From Pseudomonas aeruginosa (lineage in GTDB: Bacteria > Pseudomonadota > Gammaproteobacteria > Pseudomonadales > Pseudomonadaceae), in the NCBI RefSeq assembly GCF_001457615.1, contig NZ_LN831024.1, positions 4,200,001-4,232,000 on the forward strand: a stretch of 32,000 bases of DNA, given 5' to 3'. Below are positions 9,681 through 18,914 of this stretch, in pieces. The notes under the pieces were generated by a model. It did no database searches and was not told the origin of the DNA. It saw nothing but the letters and a program-made list of their open reading frames with translations. A program made the translations under genes and the position numbers. Each line of letters begins with the position of its first letter. The stretch's first letter is position 1.

Positions 9681-10595
9681 ATGAGCCTGCGCCTTGAAGA
9701 CATACAGGCCTTCCTCAACGTGGTCGAGCTGGGCAGCATCAGCGCCGCCGCCGAACGCATGAGCCTGTCCAAGTCCGTGATCAGCAAACGCGTCAGCGAC
9801 CTGGAGCGCCACCTCGGCGTGCGCCTGCTCTACCGCTCGACGCGCAACGTCGAGCCGACCGAGGCCGGCGGCTTCTTCTACAAGTCGGCCAAGGCCTCGC
9901 TGCAGGACCTGAACAACGCCGCGGAAAGCGTGGCCCTGCGCGAGAACGACCTGTGCGGGGAATTGCGGGTGATGGCGCCGATGAGCTTCGGCACGCTCTG
10001 GCTGGGGCCGCTGGTGATGGAATTCATGGCGCGCAACCCGCGCCTGGAAGTGGTCCTGCAACTGGACGACCGGATCGTCGACTTCGAGAAGGAAGGCTAC
10101 GACCTGGCGATCCGCATCACCCGCCTGCAGGACAGCTCGCTGATCGCCCGCCAACTGGGCACCAGCCGCCGGGTAGTGTGTTGCAGCCCGGAATACCTGG
10201 AACGGCACGGCCCGCTGCAACGCATCGAAGACATCCTCTGCCATCCCTGCATCGGCTACAGCCACAACACCCCGTCGCAGCTATGGAGCTTCGAGCCGCG
10301 GGTGGCCGGCGAGCCGGCGCGGATGATCACCCCGCGCGGACGCTTCAACACCAACAACGGCCAGACCATGCGCGACGCCGCGGTGCGTGGCCTGGGCCTG
10401 GCGATGCTGCCGCTGTTCATCGCCGCCGAGGACCTGGCCGCCGGCCGGCTGGTCGAGGCCCTGCCGCAGGAGCGGCCGCTGGACGACCTGATCTACGCCA
10501 TGTATTCGCGAGCGGCAACCCTCTCGCCGAAGGTGAAGCTGTTCGTCCAGTTTCTCCAGCAGGCCCTGGGCAGCCCGCCGTGGGGCGTGCGCTGA
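9681..10595 (+). CDS. LysR-family transcriptional regulator
   Basis: ATG at 9681. N-terminal wHTH LEDIQAFLNVVELGSISAAAERMSLSKSVISKRVSDLERHLGVRLL. Divergent from the isochorismatase-family gene. Confidence 0.85.
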   Translation: MSLRLEDIQAFLNVVELGSISAAAERMSLSKSVISKRVSDLERHLGVRLLYRSTRNVEPTEAGGFFYKSAKASLQDLNNAAESVALRENDLCGELRVMAPMSFGTLWLGPLVMEFMARNPRLEVVLQLDDRIVDFEKEGYDLAIRITRLQDSSLIARQLGTSRRVVCCSPEYLERHGPLQRIEDILCHPCIGYSHNTPSQLWSFEPRVAGEPARMITPRGRFNTNNGQTMRDAAVRGLGLAMLPLFIAAEDLAAGRLVEALPQERPLDDLIYAMYSRAATLSPKVKLFVQFLQQALGSPPWGVR

Positions 10596-10602
10596 GCCTC
10601 GC

Positions 10603-11265
10603 TCAGCGCTTGCGACAGACGCTCAGCCCGTCGCCGATCGGCAGCAGCGAGTAGTCCACCCGCGCGTCGTTCTTCAGCGCCAGGTTGAGCTGCTGGATGC
10701 CGCGGGTATCCGCACTCTTCGGCTGCGCTTCGAGCACCCGGCCGCTCCACAGCACGTTGTCGAAAAGCACCAGCCCACCCTGGCGCACCAGCGCCAGCGC
10801 GGCCTCCAGGTATTCGGGGTAGTTGGCCTTGTCGGCGTCGATGAAGGCCAGGTCGAACTGCCCGGCCAGGCCTTCGTCGAGCAACGCACGCAGGGTTTCC
10901 AGGGCGGGCCCGAGGCGTAGCTCGATGCGCTCCTCGACAGCGGCTTCGCGCCAGTAGCGGCGCGCAGTCAGGTGGTAGTCGCCGGGCAGGTCGCAACAGG
11001 TAAGACGCCCCTGCTCGCCAAGGGCGGTAGCCATGCACAGGGCGCTGTAGCCGGTGAAGGTGCCGACCTCCAGCGCCCGCCGCGCGCCGATCAGGGTCAG
11101 CAGCAAGGCGATGAACTGGCCCTGCTCGGGGGCGATCTGCCAGCGTGCGTTGGGCAGCTTCGCGGTTTCCTCGCGCAGGCGGGTCATCAGCGGGGTTTCC
11201 CGCAGCGAAACGTCCAGCAGGTAGCGGTAGAGGTTGTCGTCGAGGTTGAGGGTGCGGGTGGTCAT
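10603..11265 (-). CDS. class I SAM-dependent O-methyltransferase (caffeoyl-CoA OMT-like)
   Basis: ATG at 11265 (MTTRTLNLDD). ALEVGTFTGYSAL SAM-binding motif I, FDLAFIDADK, GGLVLFDNVLW. Confidence 0.8.
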   Translation of the reverse strand: MTTRTLNLDDNLYRYLLDVSLRETPLMTRLREETAKLPNARWQIAPEQGQFIALLLTLIGARRALEVGTFTGYSALCMATALGEQGRLTCCDLPGDYHLTARRYWREAAVEERIELRLGPALETLRALLDEGLAGQFDLAFIDADKANYPEYLEAALALVRQGGLVLFDNVLWSGRVLEAQPKSADTRGIQQLNLALKNDARVDYSLLPIGDGLSVCRKR

Positions 11266-11284
11266 CGGCCCGGACCTCCCCGCC

Positions 11285-11818
11285 TCAGGGCACCCGCGCC
11301 AACGGCGACGGCGCGACCAGCACGCGCTTGGCGTCCAGGTACGCGCGTTGCCAGTAGCTGTTCTGCAGGCTGTCCAGGCGCACCGTGCCGCCGGTGCGCG
11401 GCGCATGCACGAAGCGACCCTCGCCGACGTAGATGCCGGCATGGCTCACGGTGCGACCACCGGAGGTGGCGAAGAACACCAGGTCGCCGGTCTGCAGGGC
11501 CTGCACCGGCACGCTGGGCGCGCGCATGGAAATCATCTCGCGGGTCGAGCGCGGCAGCTTGATGCCGGTCATGTCGCGGTAGACGAAGTTGATCAGGCCG
11601 CTGCAATCGAAGCCCGAATCGGGCGTGTTGCCGCCCCAGCGGTAGGGCGTGCCGACCAGGCCGAGGGCACGGAACAGCACATCGTCGGCGGCGGGCGAGA
11701 AATTCGTCGCCGGACGGAATACGACCTGTTTGGCGGGCGCGGGGGGCGGCGCTTTGCTGGCGCAGGCGGTAAGCAGCGCAGCAAAGGCGAGGATCGAGAA
11801 TCGGGCCAGTGCATGCAT
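11285..11818 (-). CDS. NlpC/P60 family peptidoglycan endopeptidase lipoprotein
   Basis: ATG at 11818. Lipobox LLTAC. GTPYRWGGNTPDSGFDCSGL catalytic Cys and SHAGIYVG His motifs. Confidence 0.85.
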   Translation of the reverse strand: MHALARFSILAFAALLTACASKAPPPAPAKQVVFRPATNFSPAADDVLFRALGLVGTPYRWGGNTPDSGFDCSGLINFVYRDMTGIKLPRSTREMISMRAPSVPVQALQTGDLVFFATSGGRTVSHAGIYVGEGRFVHAPRTGGTVRLDSLQNSYWQRAYLDAKRVLVAPSPLARVP

Positions 11819-11900
11819 AGTGGAAGCCTTCCTGGTGAGGAATGCTTCCACTTTGCTACGACAAGGAGTTAAACGCAATACTTAAAGTAAAACTTTAAGT

Positions 11901-12512
11901 TTAGCGCTTGCTCGTCAGGGCATCCTTGTAGCCGGGTTCGAGCACCCGCTTGGCTTCCATGTAGCTCAGGCTCCAGTAGCTGGAGTCCAGGCTGTCCACC
12001 CGCACCCCGCCGCCGCGACGGCTGGCGGAATGGATGAACTGGCCATCGCCGATGTAGATGCCGGCGTGGCTGACGCGGCCACGGCCACGGTTGTTGAAGA
12101 ACAGCAGGTCGCCGGGCTGCAGCTCGTCCTTGGAGACCAGCGGTACGTCCATATCGATGAGTTCGCGGGTGGAGCGCGGCAGCTTGATGCCGGCCTCCTC
12201 GCGGAACAGGTAGCCGACGAAGCCGCTGCAATCGAAGCCTTTCGCCGTCGTACCGCCGAAACGGTACGGCGTACCGATCAGTTCGAAAGCGCGCTCGAGG
12301 ATGCTGGACGCCAGCGCAGGCGTACCAGCCGATGAATTGTCCGCCCCTTCGTCCTCAACATCCTGCCAAGCGATCGCGTCGCGTTCGACGTCGATGCTGC
12401 TCTTGGCTGCGGTCGGCTCTTTGGCGACCTGCGGCTCCGGCGAATGGCTGGCGCAAGCGGCCAGCAGCAGAACGAAACTCATGGGCACGAGGGGTGCTAA
12501 GCGTTTAAGCAT
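11901..12512 (-). CDS. NlpC/P60 family peptidoglycan endopeptidase lipoprotein (paralog)
   Basis: ATG at 12512 (GTG at 12518 possible). Lipobox LLAAC. GTPYRFGGTTAKGFDCSGF, SHAGIYIG. Confidence 0.85.
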   Translation of the reverse strand: MLKRLAPLVPMSFVLLLAACASHSPEPQVAKEPTAAKSSIDVERDAIAWQDVEDEGADNSSAGTPALASSILERAFELIGTPYRFGGTTAKGFDCSGFVGYLFREEAGIKLPRSTRELIDMDVPLVSKDELQPGDLLFFNNRGRGRVSHAGIYIGDGQFIHSASRRGGGVRVDSLDSSYWSLSYMEAKRVLEPGYKDALTSKR

Positions 12513-12583
12513 GGGCACGACCGTGTCTCATTAGTTTTACTAGCGGGCTAATTTGCCTTCTCGATCAATCCTATGCAAGTTTT

Positions 12584-13354
12584 TTATCGATAAATGTGAC
12601 TTACCACCTGCGGCATGATGTCTAAGGCTCGTCCTGTCATTTTCACATCGACCCGCTCGCTGAGGTCGGTCACGCCAGGATTCACCTCCGCGGTGAAGCC
12701 TCCCGCCTGCCGCGTGCGCAGCACCGGTTCGACGATATAGGGGAAGCTCGCGGTGGTTCCCACCACCAGCACCGCATCGAAGCCTTTGCGCAATTCGCGG
12801 TACAGGGTATCGATCGCCTCTTCCGGCAACATTTCCTCGAACAGCACCACCGGCGGCCGCAGCACCCCACCGCAAGCGGCGCAGCGCGGCGGCAACTGGC
12901 CGTGCAGATGCTCCTCCAGGCCGCCGCTCTCGGCACCGCAGGACTGGCAGTAGAGCGGCGCCAGTTCGCCATGGATCTCGATCAGCCGCTCGGCCGGCGA
13001 GCCGGCCTGGCGATGGAAGCCGTCGATGTTCTGGGTCAGCACCCAGCATTCCGGCTTGTGCTTCTGCAACTCGGCGATGGCTTCGTGGCCGGCGTTGGGT
13101 CGGGCCGCCAGGCAAGCCTTGCCGAGTTCCGCGAGGTACTTCCAGCACAGCGCCGGATCGCGCCGCAGCATCGGTCCGGAAAGTGCCGCCTCGATCGGCA
13201 GGCCCTCTTCCGTGCGACCGTTGTAGAGACCGCCGAGGCCGCGATAGGTGGGCATACCGGAATCCGCGGAGAGGCCGGCGCCAGTGATGACCAGGATGCG
13301 TTCGGCGCGCCGCAGGGCCTGGGCGACGGTGGCGATCGGGCTGTGGCTGTCCAT
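12584..13354 (-). CDS. cobB: NAD-dependent protein deacylase, Sir2 family
   Basis: 256 aa. ILVITGAGLSADSGMPTYRG, QNIDGFH, and Zn-ribbon cysteines CQSC...CAAC. Confidence 0.85.
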   Translation of the reverse strand: MDSHSPIATVAQALRRAERILVITGAGLSADSGMPTYRGLGGLYNGRTEEGLPIEAALSGPMLRRDPALCWKYLAELGKACLAARPNAGHEAIAELQKHKPECWVLTQNIDGFHRQAGSPAERLIEIHGELAPLYCQSCGAESGGLEEHLHGQLPPRCAACGGVLRPPVVLFEEMLPEEAIDTLYRELRKGFDAVLVVGTTASFPYIVEPVLRTRQAGGFTAEVNPGVTDLSERVDVKMTGRALDIMPQVVSHIYR

Positions 13355-13366
13355 GGTTGGCTCCTG

Positions 13367-14767
13367 TCAGGCTGGCGGATCGAGGGAAGCCGGCAAGCCG
13401 AGCCGGCGCATGCGCCCGAGCAGGGTCGTGCGCGGAATCCGCAACCGGGCGGCGGCCCGGGAGAGATTGCCGCGCGCCTGGCGCAAGGCGTCTTCTATCA
13501 GGTTGCGCTCCTGTTGCGCCAGCGCCTCGCGCAGGCCTCCGACCGCCGCGCTGTTCATCGAGAGCGCGGCCTCGCCGCCCACGGCCTCGGCGCCATCGTC
13601 GGCGAACGCCACCTCATCCAGCAGTGCGCCGCCCTCCCCGTGCAGCAACAGGCTGCGTCGGATCACGTTTTCCAGTTGCCGGACGTTGCCCGGCCAGTCG
13701 CAGGCCAGCAACTGCGCCAGCGCCCGTTCGCCAAGGGCGGTGACACGTGGGTTGAGGCTGCGCGCATCGCGACGGACGAACGCCCGTGCCAGCAGTTCCA
13801 CATCGCCGGGGCGCTCGCGCAGCGGCGGGATGCACAGGCTGCCCACGTCCAGGCGGTAGTACAGGTCCTCGCGCAGGCGTCCCTCGGCGATCGCCTGGCG
13901 CGGCGGCTGGTTGCTCGCCGCGATCAGGCGTACGTCGGCCCGCTGCGGGCTCAGGCTGCCCAGAGGCAGGTAGCTGCCGTCCTGCAGGACCCGCAGCAGC
14001 TTGCTCTGCATGGCCATCGGCATGGAATTGATCTCGTCGAGGAACAAGCTGCCGCCCTGCGCCAGGGCGAACATGCCCTTGCGGTTCTCGGCGCCGGTGA
14101 AAGCGCCGCGGGTGGTGCCGAACAGGGTACTTTCCAGCAGCGTCTCGGGAATCGCTGCGCAGTTCAGGCTGATCATCGGACCGCTGCGTCGCGGGCTCAG
14201 GGCATGGGCGCGACGGGCGAACAGTTCCTTGCCGGTGCCGGTCTCGCCATGGATCAGCAGCGGCAGGTCGGTGGCGGCGAAAACGTCCAGGCGCTGCAAC
14301 TGCCGCAGCAGGCTCGGCGCCACGCTCAGGATGTTCGGGCAATCCGCCAGGCCTGCGGCCTCTTCGGTCTCGGCGACGACTTCGCCGAGTTCCATCGCGC
14401 CGAGCAGGCAACCGTCGCGCCCGCGCAGCGGGATCGCTCGGTGGCGATACTGCAACAGCTCGCCGCCGGCCCCCACGTAGGCCTGCAGCGTATCGATCGA
14501 CGGCCGCCCTTCGGCCAGGCAACGCAACAGAGTGCTTTGCTCGGCCGCCAGCCAGGGAGCGCTCTGCAACAGGTGCATGCCCAGCGCCCGCTGCGGGTCG
14601 AGACCATCGAGCAGGCCGCTGGCACGGTTGTAGTAGACGAAGCGACCGGAGGGGTCGACCACCGTGACCGGTTGCCGCAGGCCGTCGAAAATCGGCGCCA
14701 GGCAGTCCACCAACCAGGCCAGTTCACCGCTTCGCGTGGAAATCGTCGGCTCCTCGACAAGCGCCAT
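13367..14767 (-). CDS. ddaR: sigma-54-dependent transcriptional activator with N-terminal PAS-like sensor
   Basis: AAA+ GETGTGKELFA, GAFTGA loop, C-terminal Fis-type HTH RGNLSRAAARLRIPRTTL. Divergent from ddaH, as in P. aeruginosa (symbol by synteny). Confidence 0.75.
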   Translation of the reverse strand: MALVEEPTISTRSGELAWLVDCLAPIFDGLRQPVTVVDPSGRFVYYNRASGLLDGLDPQRALGMHLLQSAPWLAAEQSTLLRCLAEGRPSIDTLQAYVGAGGELLQYRHRAIPLRGRDGCLLGAMELGEVVAETEEAAGLADCPNILSVAPSLLRQLQRLDVFAATDLPLLIHGETGTGKELFARRAHALSPRRSGPMISLNCAAIPETLLESTLFGTTRGAFTGAENRKGMFALAQGGSLFLDEINSMPMAMQSKLLRVLQDGSYLPLGSLSPQRADVRLIAASNQPPRQAIAEGRLREDLYYRLDVGSLCIPPLRERPGDVELLARAFVRRDARSLNPRVTALGERALAQLLACDWPGNVRQLENVIRRSLLLHGEGGALLDEVAFADDGAEAVGGEAALSMNSAAVGGLREALAQQERNLIEDALRQARGNLSRAAARLRIPRTTLLGRMRRLGLPASLDPPA

Positions 14768-14927
14768 GCTCTCCCCCTCGGTTTCCCGGATGTCGAAATC
14801 TCGTCAGTTGTCCCATCTTCGACGCAGCGCGACCGAGCATCCTTGGCGTGGATCAACCAAGCCCTCGGAAAACCAGGAAAATCCTCCGATTTATCAAGGA
14901 TTTCCAAGGCAATTCCCGGGCGTTGGC

Positions 14928-14943
14928 TGGCGCGTGGCTTGCA
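14928..14943 (+). promoter_or_regulatory. sigma-54 (-24/-12) promoter of ddaH
   Basis: TGGCGCG-TGGC-TTGCA matches TGGCACG-N4-TTGCW with one mismatch. Lies 35 nt upstream of the ddaH ATG and next to a sigma-54 activator gene. Confidence 0.7.
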
Positions 14944-14977
14944 ACGACCTCGTCGTCCCCACACGAGGAAAATCGTC

Positions 14978-15742
14978 ATGTTCAAGCACATCATCGCTCG
15001 CACGCCCGCCCGCAGCCTGGTCGACGGCCTGACCTCCAGCCACCTCGGCAAGCCGGACTACGCCAAGGCCCTGGAGCAGCACAACGCCTACATCCGCGCC
15101 TTGCAGACCTGCGACGTGGACATCACCCTGCTGCCGCCGGACGAACGCTTCCCCGACTCGGTGTTCGTCGAGGACCCGGTGCTCTGCACCTCGCGCTGCG
15201 CCATCATCACCCGCCCCGGCGCCGAATCGCGGCGCGGCGAGACCGAGATCATCGAGGAAACCGTGCAGCGCTTCTATCCGGGCAAGGTCGAGCGCATCGA
15301 GGCACCCGGCACGGTGGAAGCCGGCGACATCATGATGGTCGGCGACCACTTCTACATCGGCGAATCGGCCCGCACCAACGCCGAGGGCGCCCGGCAGATG
15401 ATCGCGATCCTGGAGAAACATGGCCTCAGCGGCTCGGTGGTGCGCCTGGAAAAGGTCCTGCACCTGAAGACCGGGCTCGCCTACCTGGAACACAACAACC
15501 TGCTGGCCGCCGGCGAGTTCGTCAGCAAGCCGGAGTTCCAGGACTTCAACATCATCGAGATCCCCGAAGAGGAGTCCTACGCAGCCAACTGCATCTGGGT
15601 CAACGAAAGGGTGATCATGCCCGCCGGCTATCCCCGGACCCGCGAGAAGATCGCCCGCCTCGGCTACCGGGTGATCGAGGTGGACACCTCCGAATATCGC
15701 AAGATCGACGGCGGCGTCAGTTGCATGTCGCTGCGCTTCTGA
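14978..15742 (+). CDS. ddaH: N(G),N(G)-dimethylarginine dimethylaminohydrolase
   Basis: 254 aa from the ATG at 14978. MFKHIIARTPARSLVDGL... and C-terminal catalytic GGVSCMSLRF. The 946-aa track ORF is a read-through artefact. Confidence 0.9.
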   Translation: MFKHIIARTPARSLVDGLTSSHLGKPDYAKALEQHNAYIRALQTCDVDITLLPPDERFPDSVFVEDPVLCTSRCAIITRPGAESRRGETEIIEETVQRFYPGKVERIEAPGTVEAGDIMMVGDHFYIGESARTNAEGARQMIAILEKHGLSGSVVRLEKVLHLKTGLAYLEHNNLLAAGEFVSKPEFQDFNIIEIPEEESYAANCIWVNERVIMPAGYPRTREKIARLGYRVIEVDTSEYRKIDGGVSCMSLRF

Positions 15743-15846
15743 ACCATGCCGCGGCGGACCGACCCGCCGCCTCCCGCCGTCGCACCCCGGCGCAGGCTCC
15801 GCCTGCGCCTGGCGCGACATACCGGATGCAGTTTCGGAGGTGCCAC

Positions 15847-17265
15847 ATGGCCGATTCGGACAAGGGAAAACTGGGGCTGCCGGCGCTGACCGCGCTGGTG
15901 GTGGGCGGCATCATCGGCAGCGGCATCTTCAGCCTGCCGCAGAACATGGCCGAAGGCGCAGGCGCCGGCGCGATCCTGATCGCCTGGGCGATCACCTTCG
16001 TCGGCATGCTGACCCTGACGCGGATATTCCAGTGGCTGTCGACCACCCGCCCCGAACTGGACGACGGCGTCTACGGCTACGCCCGCGAAGGCTTCGGCGA
16101 ATACCTGGGGTTCAATGCCGCCTGGGGCTACTGGATTTCCGCCTGGGTCGGCAACGCCGGCTACCTGGTGGTGCTGTTCAGCGCCCTCGGCTCGTTCGGC
16201 GCGCTGGCCTTCTTCGGCGACGGAACCACCTGGCCGGCGCTGCTCGGCGAATTGACGGTGCTCTGGCTGATGCATGCCTTCGTCCTCCACGGCGTGCACA
16301 ACGCGGCGATCACCAACGCCATCGTGACCCTCGCCAAGGTGGTGCCGATCGCCCTGTTCATCCTCTGCGTAGCCCTGGCCTTCCGCATCGAGACCTTTCA
16401 CCTGGACTTCTGGGGCAGCCCGGCCCTGGGCAGCGTCACCCGCCAGGTGGAAACCACCATGCTCTACACCGTCTGGGTATTCCTCGGCATCGAGAGCGCC
16501 ACGGTCTATGCCAGCCACGCGCGGCACGCGGCCGATGTCAGCCGCGCAACCCTGCTCGGCTTCGTGGTCACCCTGCTGTTGCTGGTCTGCGTCTCGGTGC
16601 TGTCGCTGGGCGTGGTGCCGCAGCACGAACTGGCGCAGATGAAGAACCCCTCGATGGCCCAGGTGATGGCCGCGGCGGTGGGCCCCTGGGGCGCCACGCT
16701 GATCAACGTCGGGCTGATCGTCTCGGTCGGCGGCGCGCTGCTGGCCTGGACCATGCTCGCGGTGGAAATGCTCTACCTGGCCAGCCGTGGCCCAACGCAC
16801 ACCGCGCCGGCACTGTTCGGCCGCACCAATGCGGTGGAAACCCCGGCGCCGGCACTGTGGCTGACCAGCACGCTGATCTCTGCGCTGCTGCTGGTGGCCT
16901 TCCTCAACGCCTCGGGCTACAACGCGCTGATCCAGTTGGCCACCTCGATGGCGCTGATCCCCTACCTGCTCTGCGCCGGCTTCTGCCTGAAGCTGGTGGC
17001 GCGCCGCCCGCACTCGGGCGCGATGCTGGCGCTGGCGCTGTTGGGGACGCTCTACGGGGTCTGGCTGATCTACGCCGCCGGGCTGAAATACCTGCTGCTG
17101 TCGATGATCCTCTACGCGCCGGGCCTCGGCTTCTTCCTGCATGCCCGTCGCCAGCGCGGCCTGCCGGCGTTCGGCAATCGCGCCGAAGGCAGCGTCGCGG
17201 CGCTGGTGCTGGTCCTCGCGCTGGCGGCGCTATGGATGATCGGCAGCGGTCGGCTGAGCCTCTAG
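15847..17265 (+). CDS. APC-superfamily basic amino acid/polyamine antiporter (ArcD-like permease)
   Basis: ATG at 15847. ~12 TM segments. LVVGGIIGSGIFSLPQNMA signature typical of APA/ArcD-type permeases. Confidence 0.8.
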   Translation: MADSDKGKLGLPALTALVVGGIIGSGIFSLPQNMAEGAGAGAILIAWAITFVGMLTLTRIFQWLSTTRPELDDGVYGYAREGFGEYLGFNAAWGYWISAWVGNAGYLVVLFSALGSFGALAFFGDGTTWPALLGELTVLWLMHAFVLHGVHNAAITNAIVTLAKVVPIALFILCVALAFRIETFHLDFWGSPALGSVTRQVETTMLYTVWVFLGIESATVYASHARHAADVSRATLLGFVVTLLLLVCVSVLSLGVVPQHELAQMKNPSMAQVMAAAVGPWGATLINVGLIVSVGGALLAWTMLAVEMLYLASRGPTHTAPALFGRTNAVETPAPALWLTSTLISALLLVAFLNASGYNALIQLATSMALIPYLLCAGFCLKLVARRPHSGAMLALALLGTLYGVWLIYAAGLKYLLLSMILYAPGLGFFLHARRQRGLPAFGNRAEGSVAALVLVLALAALWMIGSGRLSL

Positions 17266-17266
17266 C

Positions 17267-17938
17267 TCAATGATTGACCGTATGCGCCAGCATCACCGAC
17301 AGCTGGCACAGCGGCCGACCGCTCTCCTCGCGCCACTGGTTGAAGGCTCCCTGGACGGCCGCCAGGTCCTTGAGGCTGGTGGGCGGTTTGTCGATGATCT
17401 CCTGGGCCTTCAGCGCGGCGACCATGTCGTCGCTGGGAATGAAGGTATCCTTGCCGGCCATCCGCAGGAAACGCGGCGCCGACAAGCCGCCGAGCTGGTT
17501 GCCGCGCTTGGACAGCAGCTTCCACAGGCCGACGATGTCGGTTTCCGGCCAATCCGCGAGGAAGTTGCCGAAGCTGCCATGCTCGCGGGCCAGGTCGAGC
17601 ACCATCTGCGCATTGCGCGGCACGCTCTTGAGCTTGCCCAGGTGGCGGATCAGGCGGGCGTCCTGCATCAGCCGCTCGAGATGCTCGGCGCTCATGAGCA
17701 CGACCTTCTGCGGATCGAAGCCGAAGAACACTTCCTCGAAGGCCGGCCACTTGGCGTCCACCAGGCTGTGCTTGAGGCCGGCGCGGAAGATCCGCAGGCT
17801 GATCAGCGACAGGTAGCGGTCGTCACCCACCGCGCGCAGCTCGGCGGCGCTCTTCGGCTGCGGCAGGCGCGCTTCCAGCGCCTCCCTGGAGCCGAAGCGG
17901 TTCAGGCAGTATTCGTACATCCAGGCGTAGTCGCGCAT
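17267..17938 (-). CDS. DNA-3-methyladenine glycosylase I (Tag) family protein
   Basis: 223 aa. FFGFDPQKV...RLMQDARLIRHLGKL..NA aligns with E. coli Tag core motifs. Confidence 0.65.
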   Translation of the reverse strand: MRDYAWMYEYCLNRFGSREALEARLPQPKSAAELRAVGDDRYLSLISLRIFRAGLKHSLVDAKWPAFEEVFFGFDPQKVVLMSAEHLERLMQDARLIRHLGKLKSVPRNAQMVLDLAREHGSFGNFLADWPETDIVGLWKLLSKRGNQLGGLSAPRFLRMAGKDTFIPSDDMVAALKAQEIIDKPPTSLKDLAAVQGAFNQWREESGRPLCQLSVMLAHTVNH

Positions 17939-17984
17939 CGGGAATCCTTGCAGACCGGAGAGAAGAACTGACCCGCGGCGCGGC

Positions 17985-18809
17985 TCAGAGGTTCATCACG
18001 TCGAGGAAGCGCGGCGTGGCGTTCTCGTCGATGCGCAGGTTGGCGAAGTCGAACAGGTTGCGGTCGGCCAGTTGCGACGGCACCACGTTCTGCAGGGCGC
18101 GGAACATGATCTCGGTACGCCCCGGCGACTTGCGTTCCCATTCCAGCAGCATTTCCTTGACCACCTGGCGCTGCAGGTTCTCCTGCGAACCGCAGAGGTT
18201 GCAGGGGATGATCGGGAACTCCTTGAGCTGGGAATAGGCCTCGATGTCCTTCTCGCTGCAATAGGCCAGCGGCCGGATCACCACGTTGCGCCCGTCGTCG
18301 GCCAGCAGCTTCGGCGGCATGGCCTTCAGGGTGCCGCCGTAGAACATGTTGAGGAAGAAGGTTTCGAGGATGTCGTCGCGATGGTGACCGAGGGCCATCT
18401 TGGTCGCGCCGATCTCGTCGGCGAAGGTGTACAGCGTGCCGCGGCGCAGGCGCGAGCACAGCGAGCAGGTGGTCTTGCCTTCCGGGATCTTCTCCTTGAC
18501 CACCGAGTAGGTGTCCTTCTCGACGATGTGGTACTCCACGCCGATCGACTTCAGGTACTCCGGCAGGACGTGCTCGGGAAAACCGGGCTGCTTCTGGTCC
18601 ATGTTCACCGCGACGATCTCGAAGCGGATCGGCGCGACCTTCTGCAGGTAGAGCAGGATGTCGAGCATGGTGTAGCTGTCCTTGCCGCCGGACAGGCAGA
18701 CCATGACCTTGTCGCCATCCTCGATCATGTTGAAGTCGGTGATGGCCTCGCCGGCCAGGCGGCGCAGGCGCTTCTGCAGTTTGTTCTGATTGACCGAAAG
18801 GGTGCCCAT
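17985..18809 (-). CDS. ttcA: tRNA 2-thiocytidine(32) synthetase
   Basis: Likely start at the ATG at 18809 ([10 protein letters not shown]). PP-loop [23 protein letters not shown] and CNLCGSQ Fe-S cysteine motifs. Confidence 0.9.
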   Translation of the reverse strand: MGTLSVNQNKLQKRLRRLAGEAITDFNMIEDGDKVMVCLSGGKDSYTMLDILLYLQKVAPIRFEIVAVNMDQKQPGFPEHVLPEYLKSIGVEYHIVEKDTYSVVKEKIPEGKTTCSLCSRLRRGTLYTFADEIGATKMALGHHRDDILETFFLNMFYGGTLKAMPPKLLADDGRNVVIRPLAYCSEKDIEAYSQLKEFPIIPCNLCGSQENLQRQVVKEMLLEWERKSPGRTEIMFRALQNVVPSQLADRNLFDFANLRIDENATPRFLDVMNL

Positions 18810-18853
18810 GGTGCTCTGGAATCCGGGTGTTCGAGGAGAAAAGCTGGCTATTT

Positions 18854-18863
18854 TACGCACAAA
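18854..18863. repeat. candidate attL core (TACGCACAAA)
   Basis: Identical 10-mer at 29727-29736. Extended match is 14/17 (ttttacgcacaaatcgg vs ttctacgcacaaagcga). Sits at the host/phage composition boundary. Confidence 0.5.
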
Positions 18864-18914
18864 TCGGCAAAGCCGAATCAGCGCTCATAACTAATTGATA
18901 TGCAAAGGAAAAAT

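Noticed and set aside
11285-12512. Tandem NlpC/P60 lipoprotein genes as a possible toxin/immunity or duplicated cassette
   Set aside because: Both carry lipoboxes and intact catalytic Cys/His motifs. They look like ordinary paralogous cell-wall endopeptidases of the host.
12583-12594. Perfect 12-nt palindrome TTTATCGATAAA overlapping the cobB stop
   Set aside because: It is short, AT-rich and unaccompanied by other signals. It contains a ClaI-type ATCGAT core and is likely fortuitous or a minor regulatory site.
14791-14800. A fourth exact copy of TGTCGAAATC in the ddaR-ddaH intergenic region
   Set aside because: It is an isolated single unit far from the prophage, within a local GTCGAA/TTCGAC dyad. 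It is most simply a coincidence or an unrelated activator site.
12902-14977. N-terminal 690 codons of the 946-aa ORF ending in ddaH, and the 685-aa extension of the second pirin (7603..8712)
   Set aside because: These are read-through of stop-free high-GC sequence antisense to cobB/ddaR, or over the FMN reductase and OsmC genes. Internal ATGs with SDs give proteins of canonical length.
15743-15846. GC hairpin ggcgcagg-ctccg-cctgcgcc (15789-15809) between ddaH and the permease as a terminator
   Set aside because: No U-tract follows, and the genes are probably co-transcribed. At most it is an mRNA-stability element.
18810-18914. Looked for a tRNA gene at the integration site, as for tRNA-Gly with Pf4
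   Set aside because: No cloverleaf-compatible sequence was seen at either junction (18810-18914, 29613-29784). Insertion appears to be intergenic.
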